From contig CAVTBU010000007.1 of assembly GCA_963733035.1 (NCBI GenBank), forward strand, positions 320,001 to 384,000: a stretch of DNA of 64,000 nucleotides, given 5' to 3'. Below are positions 1 through 8,663 of this stretch, in pieces; position 1 is the stretch's first letter; the number at the start of each line of letters is the position of its first letter. The stretch comes from Pirellulales bacterium (lineage in GTDB: Bacteria > Planctomycetota > Planctomycetia > Pirellulales > PALSA-1355). A model generated the notes under the pieces. The model did not search any database. It was not told the DNA's origin and saw nothing but the letters and a program-made list of their open reading frames with translations. The position numbers and the translations under genes are program-made.

Positions 1-1
1 T

Positions 2-73
2 GCCGTGGCCGAGGGCCGACTGGTGATCGGCAACACCGACGGCACGCTTTATTGCTTTGGTGCGAAAAAGTAG
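2..73 (+). CDS. 3' end of a PQQ-like/BamB-type beta-propeller repeat protein (partial)
   Basis: Own translation AVAEGRLVIGNTDGTLYCFGAKK*, a typical last propeller blade; runs off the window start. Confidence 0.6.
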   Translation, partial: AVAEGRLVIGNTDGTLYCFGAKK

Positions 74-127
74 CCGTAACCGAGGCGCTTCCGCTTGCGG
101 GTTCGGTCCGATCAAACGAGGTACAAG

Positions 128-1450
128 ATGGCAACGGAAACGAAAACTGAAGTTGGTAGTTATTTCATTTCAAACTACCCGCCGTTTTCACAGTGGTCGT
201 CCGAGGCGCTCGACGATGTGCGAGCCGCGTTGAACGCGCCGCCGCTGGTGCCGCCGGGCCAGTCGCAGCCGGCCCCGTTGGGCCTTTATTTGCACATCCC
301 GTTTTGCCGCAAGCGCTGCAAGTTCTGCTATTTCCGCGTGTACACCGACAAGCGGGCCGACGACGTCGAGACCTATGTATCGGCCCTGTCGCGCGAAATC
401 GAACTGGTGAGCAAGCTCCCCGTCATGGGCGGGCGGCCTTTCCGCTTCGTCTACTTTGGTGGCGGAACCCCTTCGTTCTTGAGCGGCAAGCAGCTTACCA
501 GCCTCGTCGATCGACTGCGGGCGAACATCAACTGGGACGAAGCCGAGGAAGTCACTTTCGAATGCGAGCCGGGCACGCTCTCGCAGCCCAAGGTGGCCAC
601 GCTCCGCGAACTCGGCGTTACGCGGCTCAGCCTGGGCGTCGAGAACTTCGGCGATGCGGTGCTCGAGGAAAACGGCCGGGCGCATCTTTCCGGCGAAGTG
701 TACAAGGCGTGGGATTGGATTCGCGCCGCCGGGTTTCCGAACGTTAACATCGACCTGATTTCCGGCATGGTCGGCGAAACCTGGGATAACTGGAAGGATT
801 GCGTGACCAAGACCATCGCGCTCGATCCCGATAGCGTGACGATCTACCAGATGGAGTTGCCCTTCAACACGGTCTACTCCAAGGACATCCTGGGAAATCA
901 AATCGAAACGCCCGTCGCCGACTGGCCAACCAAACGGGCCTGGGTCGACTACGCGTTCAACGAATTGGCCTCCGCGGGCTACAGCACGTCAAGCGCCTAC
1001 ACCATGGTCAAGGACAAGAACAAGGTGAACTTCAGCTACCGCGACAATCTGTGGCACGGCAGCGACCTGTTGGCCACCGGCGTGGCCAGCTTTGGGCATG
1101 CCTCGGGCGTGCACTATCAGAACGAACCCGACTGGGCCGGATATATCGGCCGTCTCGAGCAGGGTGAACTGCCGCTGTATCGCGGCCTGAAGCCGACGCC
1201 TCATCAGCAGCTGGTGCGCGAGATGATTTTGCAGTTGAAGACGGGCCGGCTTGACGTAGCGTACTTCCGCGAGAAGTTTGGCGTCGACATCACCGATCAC
1301 TGGCGAGCCGAATTCCAACAACACGCCGACGACGAGTTGCTTACTTTCGACGAAAGCGAAGTCAAACTCACCCGCAAGGGTCTGCTGCGAGCCGACGCGC
1401 TGTTGCCATCCTTCTTCGAGCCAGAGCACCGCGGAGTGAGGTACACCTAG
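128..1450 (+). CDS. HemN-like (coproporphyrinogen III oxidase family) radical SAM protein
   Basis: LYLHIPFCRKRCKFCYF (CxxxCxxC), GGGTP, RLSLGVE, NIDLI motifs; ATG at 128. Confidence 0.85.
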   Translation: MATETKTEVGSYFISNYPPFSQWSSEALDDVRAALNAPPLVPPGQSQPAPLGLYLHIPFCRKRCKFCYFRVYTDKRADDVETYVSALSREIELVSKLPVMGGRPFRFVYFGGGTPSFLSGKQLTSLVDRLRANINWDEAEEVTFECEPGTLSQPKVATLRELGVTRLSLGVENFGDAVLEENGRAHLSGEVYKAWDWIRAAGFPNVNIDLISGMVGETWDNWKDCVTKTIALDPDSVTIYQMELPFNTVYSKDILGNQIETPVADWPTKRAWVDYAFNELASAGYSTSSAYTMVKDKNKVNFSYRDNLWHGSDLLATGVASFGHASGVHYQNEPDWAGYIGRLEQGELPLYRGLKPTPHQQLVREMILQLKTGRLDVAYFREKFGVDITDHWRAEFQQHADDELLTFDESEVKLTRKGLLRADALLPSFFEPEHRGVRYT

Positions 1451-1608
1451 GAAGGTAGAAGTCAGCAGGATGAAGGAGGAGTAAGAGGTGCGCATGTCGG
1501 TCTTGGATCCTTCGGTTCGACTTCGGCCGTCGCTTGGTGCGATGATTTTGATTCAACTTTGAGAACTCCGGTTTTTCTCATCCCTCGTCCTTCTGGCTTC
1601 ATCCTTCC
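1450..1608. repeat. Long imperfect inverted repeat (REP/MITE-like) with ~7-nt internal periodicity
   Basis: 1450-1484 matches the reverse complement of 1574-1608 at 27/35 positions. Confidence 0.6.
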
Positions 1609-1611
1609 GCC

Positions 1612-2058
1612 ATGCTCGTTTTCCTGATGGGCAAATACGAGGCGCGCTTTCCAACGGATCGGGTGTACGCCAGGAATCACATGTGGGCACAACCGGTCGA
1701 GGAGGGGTATCGGTTCGGGTTCACCGCCTATGCCGTGCGGTTGCTCCAGGACGTGTATTTTTTGGACTGGGAAGTGGGTGCCGGTGCGCCTTTGCGCGAA
1801 AAGCAGGAAATCGGCTCGATCGAGAGTTCCAAGGCCGAAAGTGCACTGTTTGCTCCAATTCCGGGCCAACTCACCCGGTTTAATGATGCCTTGCTGGCCG
1901 ATCCCTCGGCGATTAACGTCGACAATTACGGCAGGGGTTGGCTGTTCGAAATCGCCGGCGAAGGTCCCGATTTGTTGTCCCCGCAAGACTACCTGCTACA
2001 CTTGGAAGCAGCCTGGAAGGTCGCCGAGCGCACGATCAAAGGGCAAATGAACGAGTAA
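1612..2058 (+). CDS. Glycine cleavage H-like (lipoyl-domain) protein
   Basis: GSIESSKAESALFAP with the lipoyl Lys retained; N.D.YG.GWLF C-terminal motif. Confidence 0.8.
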   Translation: MLVFLMGKYEARFPTDRVYARNHMWAQPVEEGYRFGFTAYAVRLLQDVYFLDWEVGAGAPLREKQEIGSIESSKAESALFAPIPGQLTRFNDALLADPSAINVDNYGRGWLFEIAGEGPDLLSPQDYLLHLEAAWKVAERTIKGQMNE

Positions 2059-2143
2059 TCGAAACGGCGAGTGCCAACGTCAAACGGCAACGCTGTCGCC
2101 CCGGGCGAACAAATGAACACGCCCTCTGTCCTCACCGCAATAA

Positions 2144-3262
2144 ATGGCCAAGCTCACCGTTGTCATCTCGCAGGGCCAAAGTGCCCACCCCGATAAGCGC
2201 GGGTTGGAGGAAGGACTCGTCGGGGCGCTGCTGTTCGAGAGCGGTGTCGAGGTGACGGTCATTCCTCACCTGTACGATCTGGCTCCGGGCAGCACCGGCA
2301 TGCTCTGCCTGGAGGGGATCCCAGGCGACTTGGTCATCGTGAGCTGGCTCTTCCCGCGGGCGGCCCACTGGACGCTCGACCGTGGCGGCATCAAGGGGCA
2401 TTTCGGCCAGACCCTCTTGGCCAGCGAAGCCGACGACGACGAGGAGTTTGAGGAAGATGAAACGGCCCAGGCCGACGGCGACGACAAACCGCGCGTCGGC
2501 GGCCGCGATCTGCCGAACCGCAGAATCTACCACATCCAGCTGACGCCCCAGTCGCGCGTCGAACCGATCGTCGCCGAAATCAAACGCATCCAGTCCGAGT
2601 CGCAGGTGAAAACCATCGACCTGATGGGCTGGATCGGCGGCGATCCAAAGCCCGAACAGCTTGCCCGGTTCATCGAGCCAACGAACGGGAACGTTGACAA
2701 GCAGCAGTCGAATTCCAGTCTGCCCATCACATCCAACGGCAATGGCACTGGGCCGACACCGTCAGCCAACACGACGGGGTCCTCTCCTGGCGAACCGGTG
2801 CGGATTATCGAAACGCCCGGTCGACGTTGGTATCCAGTGATCGACTACAGCCGCTGCACGAACTGCATGGAGTGCATCGACTTTTGCCTGTTCGGCGTCT
2901 ACGGCGTCGACGGAGCGGAAACGATCCTCGTCGAGCAGCCCGACAATTGTCGCAAGGGTTGCCCGGCGTGCAGCCGCGTGTGTCCCGAGAATGCGATCAT
3001 CTTCCCGCAGCACAAGACGCCCGGAATCGCCGGCAGCGACGTGGCCAGTGCCGGCGGCTTGAAGATCGATCTGTCGCAACTGTTCGGCGCGCCGAGCGCC
3101 ATCGAAATTGCCGCCCAGGAGCGGGATGTGGAGCTTGTCGCCACCGGTCGCGACGCGGTCGGCCTCACCGTCGGCATTCCCAAGCGCCAAGCCGACAAAC
3201 CGACCGGTCCGAAAGACGACCTCGACAAGCTGATGGATCAGTTGGACGACTTGGATTTGTAG
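2144..3262 (+). CDS. 2x[4Fe-4S] ferredoxin-domain protein with uncharacterised N-terminal domain
   Basis: CTNCMECIDFC and CRKGCPACSRVCP motifs. Confidence 0.8.
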   Translation: MAKLTVVISQGQSAHPDKRGLEEGLVGALLFESGVEVTVIPHLYDLAPGSTGMLCLEGIPGDLVIVSWLFPRAAHWTLDRGGIKGHFGQTLLASEADDDEEFEEDETAQADGDDKPRVGGRDLPNRRIYHIQLTPQSRVEPIVAEIKRIQSESQVKTIDLMGWIGGDPKPEQLARFIEPTNGNVDKQQSNSSLPITSNGNGTGPTPSANTTGSSPGEPVRIIETPGRRWYPVIDYSRCTNCMECIDFCLFGVYGVDGAETILVEQPDNCRKGCPACSRVCPENAIIFPQHKTPGIAGSDVASAGGLKIDLSQLFGAPSAIEIAAQERDVELVATGRDAVGLTVGIPKRQADKPTGPKDDLDKLMDQLDDLDL

Positions 3263-3439
3263 AGGCGAGCGAGAATTGCCCGCGGACGACGATTCTACTT
3301 CGCGCTTGACGGGCGAGCGGTGGCGTTCTCGTACGCTTTCTAGTCGCGGATCCCGCCGGTTTTCCAGGCCCTTTATCACCGGGCGGCAGGCTGTTACCAT
3401 TTGAGTTTCTTGCTCGCCTGAAAGTGCCCGGTGTCTGGT

Positions 3440-4729
3440 ATGTCCAAAGCCCGAAACATGGTCGTTGCCCAGAGCGGCGGCCCTAGCCCCGTCATCAATA
3501 ACAGCTTGCGGGGGATCATCGAAACCGCCCGCGAGCTGGCCGAAATCGGCACCGTTTACGGCGCTTGCCACGGCATCGAGGGAGTGCTGAAGGAGGAACT
3601 GCTCGATCTGTCGGCCCAACCGGCGGAAGAAGTGTCACTGTTGCGTTACACGCCCGCGGCCGGCTCGATTGGCACCTGCCGTTACAAGTTGCGGCCCAAG
3701 CAGACCGAGGACTTTGACCGTGTGATCGACGTGCTCAAAGCCCACGACGTCGGCTATTTCCTCTACATCGGCGGCAACGACTCGATGGATACCGCCAACA
3801 AGGTGGCCCGGCTCGCCCACGAGCGCGGACTCGACCTCGTCGGCATCGGCGTGCCCAAGACGATCGACAACGACGTGGGCGACAACGAGTACAAGCTAAT
3901 CGACCACACGCCGGGCTACGGTTCGGTGGCCAAATACTGGATGCACATGGTGCAGGCCGCCAACGAGGAGAACGAAGGCTCCTCGCCGGCCGATCCGGTT
4001 CTCGTGCTGCAGGCCATGGGTCGCAAGATCGGTTACATTCCGGCGGCCGCCCGGCTGGCCGATCCGAACCGCGAAATGCCGCTGCAAATCTATCTGGCCG
4101 AAAGCCCCTGTTCGCTCGAGCAGATGGCCGACCAGGTGAACGACCAGCTGCGCAAGCGCGGCCGCTGCATCGTGGTGGTGAGCGAAGGGTTCGACGTCGG
4201 CTCGATCGGCGAAGTCCGCGATTCGTTTGGCCACGTGATGTTCAGCTCGAGCCAGATGACCGTGGCGCAGGCCGTGGTGAACCATCTGAACAAGGTCGGC
4301 CTGGCCGCCAAGGGTGCCGCCCGCTGCAACGTGCCGGGAACCGATCAGCGGCACGCCATCGCACTGGCCTCGACGGTCGACCTGGAAGAGGCCTATCGCA
4401 GCGGGCAGCTGGCCGCCTTGCTGGCCGCTCGCGGCGCGAGCGGCAATATGTCGACGATCCTGCGAAACCCCGGCCCGATTTACAGCGTGCGCTACGACAA
4501 GGTGCCGCTGGAAGAAGTGGCCAACAGCGAGCGAACTTTTCCGGCCAAATGGATCACCGCCAGCGGCAATGACGTCACCGATGAGTTTGTCCGCTACGCC
4601 AAACCACTAGTCGGCGAAGAAATGCTCACGATGCCACTGGTCGACGGACGTTACCGCATGACGCGGTTTCAGAAGATTCATGCGAAACAAAAGCTGGGGC
4701 CATATGTGCCCGAGGCCGATCGCAAGTAG
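3440..4729 (+). CDS. pfp: 6-phosphofructokinase, probably PPi-dependent
   Basis: AQSGGPSPVIN, GGNDSMDT, PKTIDND, MGR motifs; the Asp/Lys signature is typical of PPi-dependent enzymes. Confidence 0.85.
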   Translation: MSKARNMVVAQSGGPSPVINNSLRGIIETARELAEIGTVYGACHGIEGVLKEELLDLSAQPAEEVSLLRYTPAAGSIGTCRYKLRPKQTEDFDRVIDVLKAHDVGYFLYIGGNDSMDTANKVARLAHERGLDLVGIGVPKTIDNDVGDNEYKLIDHTPGYGSVAKYWMHMVQAANEENEGSSPADPVLVLQAMGRKIGYIPAAARLADPNREMPLQIYLAESPCSLEQMADQVNDQLRKRGRCIVVVSEGFDVGSIGEVRDSFGHVMFSSSQMTVAQAVVNHLNKVGLAAKGAARCNVPGTDQRHAIALASTVDLEEAYRSGQLAALLAARGASGNMSTILRNPGPIYSVRYDKVPLEEVANSERTFPAKWITASGNDVTDEFVRYAKPLVGEEMLTMPLVDGRYRMTRFQKIHAKQKLGPYVPEADRK

Positions 4730-4786
4730 TGAGTCCGCAACTCCATTGATCCCACGACGAATTATCTGAGACGGACAGCCTGGTTT

Positions 4787-5647
4787 ATGTACGAGATCAC
4801 TCCCCAGCACGATTTTCTGGTCGGCATCGATTCGGACGGCTGCGCGTTCGACACGATGGAAGTGAAGCACAAGGAGTGCTTCATTCCGAACATCATCAAC
4901 CACTACGGCCTGGCTGGCGTGAGCAAGTATGCTCGTGAGGCGGCCGAGTTCGTGAATCTATACAGCAAGAGCCGTGGTATTAACCGCTTCCCGGCCCTGA
5001 TCGAGGCCCTCCAGTGGCTCAAGGAGCGGCCCGAGGTGATTGCCCGCAAGGTGGAGATCAAGATTCCCCAGGGCGTCGTCGAGTGGATGAAGCGCGAAAC
5101 GAAGTTGGGTAACCCGGCGCTGGAAGCCGAGGTTGCCAACACGAACGACCCCGATCTGGCGCAGGCTCTCCGTTGGTCGAAGGCCGTGAATGCCACGGTG
5201 ACGGACATTGTGCGCGAGGTGCCGCCGTTTCCGTACGTGCGCGAGAGCCTGGAAAAGCTCGCGCCGCAAGCTGACTTGCTGGTCGTGTCGGCCACGCCGA
5301 ACGAAGCCCTCGAGCGCGAATGGGAAGAGCACGACCTGGCCAGGTACGTGCAGGCGATTTGCGGTCAGGAGGTCGGTTCGAAGAAAGAAACGCTAGCCAA
5401 CGCCAAGCATTACAAACCCGGCCACACGCTGATGATCGGCGATGCGCCCGGCGATTACAAAGCCGCGGTGGCCAACGACGCCCTGTTCTACCCGATCAAT
5501 CCCGGCCACGAGGAAGCGAGCTGGAAGCGATTGCATGAGGAAGGCATCGATCGGTTCATCGCCGGCACGTTTGCCGGCGAGTACCAAGACAAGCTACTGG
5601 CGGAGTTTGACGCGTATCTGCCCGAACTTCCGCCCTGGAAGAAATAG
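4787..5647 (+). CDS. HAD-superfamily hydrolase
   Basis: GIDSDGC (motif I), VVSAT, MIGDAPGD. Confidence 0.8.
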   Translation: MYEITPQHDFLVGIDSDGCAFDTMEVKHKECFIPNIINHYGLAGVSKYAREAAEFVNLYSKSRGINRFPALIEALQWLKERPEVIARKVEIKIPQGVVEWMKRETKLGNPALEAEVANTNDPDLAQALRWSKAVNATVTDIVREVPPFPYVRESLEKLAPQADLLVVSATPNEALEREWEEHDLARYVQAICGQEVGSKKETLANAKHYKPGHTLMIGDAPGDYKAAVANDALFYPINPGHEEASWKRLHEEGIDRFIAGTFAGEYQDKLLAEFDAYLPELPPWKK

Positions 5648-5656
5648 TTTCCACCG

Positions 5657-5722
5657 GTAGGTCGGGCATTTGCCTGACAGACGCCACAATACCACTGCAT
5701 GTCAGGCCGAGGCCTGAGTTAC
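5657..5722. repeat. GTAG-type REP doublet (REPIN-like)
   Basis: GTAG-GTCGGGC-ATTT-GCCTGAC at 5657-5678; inverted degenerate copy GTCAGGC-CGAG-GCCTGAG-TTAC at 5701-5722. Confidence 0.6.
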
Positions 5723-5743
5723 ACGAGGGAAAATACACGACCC

Positions 5744-7182
5744 ATGGCACAAACCTGTGACATTGGACTGATTGGCCTCGCCGTGATGGGCGAGAACCTG
5801 GCGCTCAACATGGAGAGCCGCGGCTACCACGTCGCGGTCTTCAACCGCACCACCAAGGTCGTCGACGGCTTCATGGCCGGCCGAGCCCAGGGCAAGAACT
5901 TCGTCGGCTGTCACTCGGTCGAAGAGCTGGTCCAGAATCTCAAGTCGCCGCGCAAGGTGATGATCATGGTCAAAGCCGGGCGCCGGTCGACGCCGTGATC
6001 GGTCAGCTCCTACCGCTGTTGAACAAGGGCGACGTGATCATCGACGGTGGCAACAGCTACTACGTCGATACCGAACGCCGCACCAAGGAAGTCGAGGATC
6101 AGGGGCTGCTGTATATCGGCACGGGCGTCTCAGGGGGCGAGGAGGGTGCACTGCTCGGCCCCAGCATGATGCCCGGCGGATCGCCCTCGGCGTGGCCGCT
6201 TGTCAAGCCAATTTTCCAGGCCATCGCGGCCAAGGTGGGGCCGAACGGCGACATTCCCTGTGCCGAATGGGTTGGACCGCGCGGAGCAGGACATTATGTC
6301 AAGATGGTGCACAACGGCATCGAGTACGGCGACATGCAGCTGATCTGCGAAGCCTACTTCGTGCTCAAGCATGCCCTGCGCCTCTCGAACGAGGAACTGT
6401 ACAACGTATTCGACGAGTGGAATCGCGGCGACCTGGACAGCTACCTGATCGAAATCACGCGAGACATCTTCAGCGTTCGCGACCCGGACACCAACAACTA
6501 CCTGGTCGACTACGTGCTCGACAGGGCCGGGGCCAAGGGGACCGGCAAATGGATGAGCCAGTTGGCACTCGACCTCGGCGTGCCCAGCACCTTGGTGACC
6601 GAAGCGGTGTATGCCCGCAGCTTGTCGGCCATGAAGGATGCCCGCGTCCGCGCGAGCAAAGTGCTCAAGGGCCCCACCGCGAAATTCGACGGAGACAAGC
6701 AACCGTTCATCGACGCCACGCGTCAGGCGCTATACGCCTCGAAGATCTGCAGTTATGCCCAGGGCTTTGTGCAGATGGAGGCGGCCGCCAGGGAGCACGA
6801 TTGGCCGCTCAACTTTGGCGACATCGCACTGTTGTGGCGGGGCGGCTGCATCATTCGAGCTCGTTTCCTCGATCGGATCAAGGAAGCGTTCGATGCCGAT
6901 CCGAAGCTGGAAAACCTGCTGCTGGCCCCGTACTTTACCGCGGCGGTGGAAACCGCCCAGCCGGCGTGGCGCCACGTCGTCTGCACGGCCATGCAACTGG
7001 GCATTCCGGTGCCGGCCTTCGCCTCGGCGTTGGCCTACTTCGACGGCTATCGCCAGGAGCGGCTGCCGGCCAACTTGCTTCAGGCCCAGCGCGATTATTT
7101 CGGTGCCCACACCTATGAGCGCACCGACAAACCCGGCTCCTTCCACAGCGACTGGCTGCGGTTGCGCCGCGAACCGAAATAA
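5744..7182 (+). CDS. gnd: 6-phosphogluconate dehydrogenase, decarboxylating (one frameshift near 5980)
   Basis: [15 protein letters not shown] in ORF 5699-5998; [13 protein letters not shown] and [12 protein letters not shown] in ORF 5995-7182; adding one G at ggg|cg restores KAGAPVDAVI. Confidence 0.93.
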
Positions 7183-7186
7183 GATC

Positions 7187-7969
7187 ATGCCCGCTTCCTA
7201 TCTCGACGAACTTTTCGGACTCTCTGGCCAGGTGGCTGTGGTGATCGGCGGCACCGGCGTACTGGGGGGCAGTTTGGCCGAGGGTATCGCTCGGGCGGGC
7301 GCCCAGGTGGTCGTTGCCGGCGGGCATGCGGTCCGTGGCCAGGCGCGAGTCGACGCGATTGCAGGGCAGGGGGGGGCGGCTGCGTTTCTGCCGGTAAACG
7401 TTAGCGATCGCAAATCGATCGAAGACCTGCTCGCCGCAACGGTCGCGAAGTTTGGCCGCGTCGACATGCTGGTCAACTGCGCCGGCGTCAATTCGGCCAG
7501 CGACTACTTCGACGTGAACGATGAAGATTGGCAGCGCGTGATCGACATCAATCTCCGCGGCACGCATTGGGGCTGCCAGATCTTTCGCGCGCACATGGCC
7601 GCCCATGGCGGCGGCTCGATTCTCAACATTGGCAGCGTCACGTCGGACAAACCGCTCTCGCGCGTATTTGCCTACAGCGCCTCGAAGGCCGCCGTGGTCA
7701 ACCTGACGCAAAACGTGGCCCGGGAGCTCGCCCCTAAGCAAGTCCGCGTGAACGCCATCTGCCCCGGTTTTTTTCCCGCGGAACAAAACCGGGCCATCCT
7801 CGACGAAACGCGCACCGCCAATATCATGGCTCAAACGCCAATGGCCCGATTTGGCGATCCAGAGGAACTCGTGGGCGCAACGCTGTTGTTGCTCTCAAAG
7901 AGGGCGGGCAGCTACATCACAGGTGCGGCGTATTACGTCGACGGCGGATTCACGGCCATGCGGTTCTAG
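7187..7969 (+). CDS. SDR oxidoreductase (mannonate/gluconate dehydrogenase-like)
   Basis: GGTGVLG, NCAG, YSASK, RVNAICPG; ATG 4 nt after the gnd stop. Confidence 0.85.
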   Translation: MPASYLDELFGLSGQVAVVIGGTGVLGGSLAEGIARAGAQVVVAGGHAVRGQARVDAIAGQGGAAAFLPVNVSDRKSIEDLLAATVAKFGRVDMLVNCAGVNSASDYFDVNDEDWQRVIDINLRGTHWGCQIFRAHMAAHGGGSILNIGSVTSDKPLSRVFAYSASKAAVVNLTQNVARELAPKQVRVNAICPGFFPAEQNRAILDETRTANIMAQTPMARFGDPEELVGATLLLLSKRAGSYITGAAYYVDGGFTAMRF

Positions 7970-7982
7970 CAGTCGGCCAAAA

Positions 7983-8528
7983 TTACACCGGCGTGACGAT
8001 CTCGAGCAGCTCCACGGCCGGTTCGCCGTCGAAGTGAATGATGGCCGTGCGGCCGTAGGTAATCTGACCGGGCTGCAGGCCGAACAGCTTTCGCAGGTCT
8101 TCGCCAGGCGTGACCTTGTAGAGCCGCGTCAGGTGCACTTCGCGGAGCACATTGTGCTCGATCAGAATCCGACCAAGCGGGGTTTGTCGGCTTTCGATCT
8201 CGGCCCGCACCGAAGGATTCACACAGGCAAAGTCCAGCCGCATGATGCCGAACTGCACGATCTGGCCGTCTCCCTGCCGGGCCAGCAGAATTTTTCGGGA
8301 GTAGTGATCACCGTCGAGCCGCGATTCGAGTACGCGAACGTCGACTTTATCATTGTGAAACCGCTCGACGGTCACCGTCATGTGACTATCGTGCGCCAGC
8401 AACATGCGGTAATCGCGCTTGAGGTCGTGGGAATCGACCTCCTCGAATTGTCCCAGTTCTTCCGGCCGATCGTAAAACAGCGCGATCAGGGTATCCAGGT
8501 CGGGAGTCACGGCGTGCGAATCGCTCAC
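7983..8528 (-). CDS. Chorismate-lyase-fold (UbiC/DUF98-like) protein
   Basis: HMTVTVE...YSRKILL...PLGRIL...YGRT...PAVELLE pattern. Confidence 0.6.
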   Translation of the reverse strand: MSDSHAVTPDLDTLIALFYDRPEELGQFEEVDSHDLKRDYRMLLAHDSHMTVTVERFHNDKVDVRVLESRLDGDHYSRKILLARQGDGQIVQFGIMRLDFACVNPSVRAEIESRQTPLGRILIEHNVLREVHLTRLYKVTPGEDLRKLFGLQPGQITYGRTAIIHFDGEPAVELLEIVTPV

Positions 8529-8663
8529 GATTTTGCGGCCTCTAATCGAAACGTGGGCGGGCAGTAAAGGAGGGATTGCTTACACTGGCTCCAAACGCGT
8601 CGGGCCAATATAGTTCGGCTGCCATTAATTCTATTTCGTGGTCAACACGGACAGAAATCACCC

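Noticed and set aside
128..1450. Calling this gene hemN or hemW
   Set aside because: Family membership is clear, but no heme genes are nearby and function cannot be assigned from motifs
5970..5998. Programmed frameshift or phase variation in gnd
   Set aside because: No slippery heptamer or long repeat; same pattern as the other probable sequencing indels
6638..7186. Long N-terminal extension on the SDR
   Set aside because: Overlaps gnd in another frame; the real start is ATG 7187
7369..7377. Poly-G tract in the SDR as a phase-variation switch
   Set aside because: Frame is intact (QGGA) and nothing else supports it
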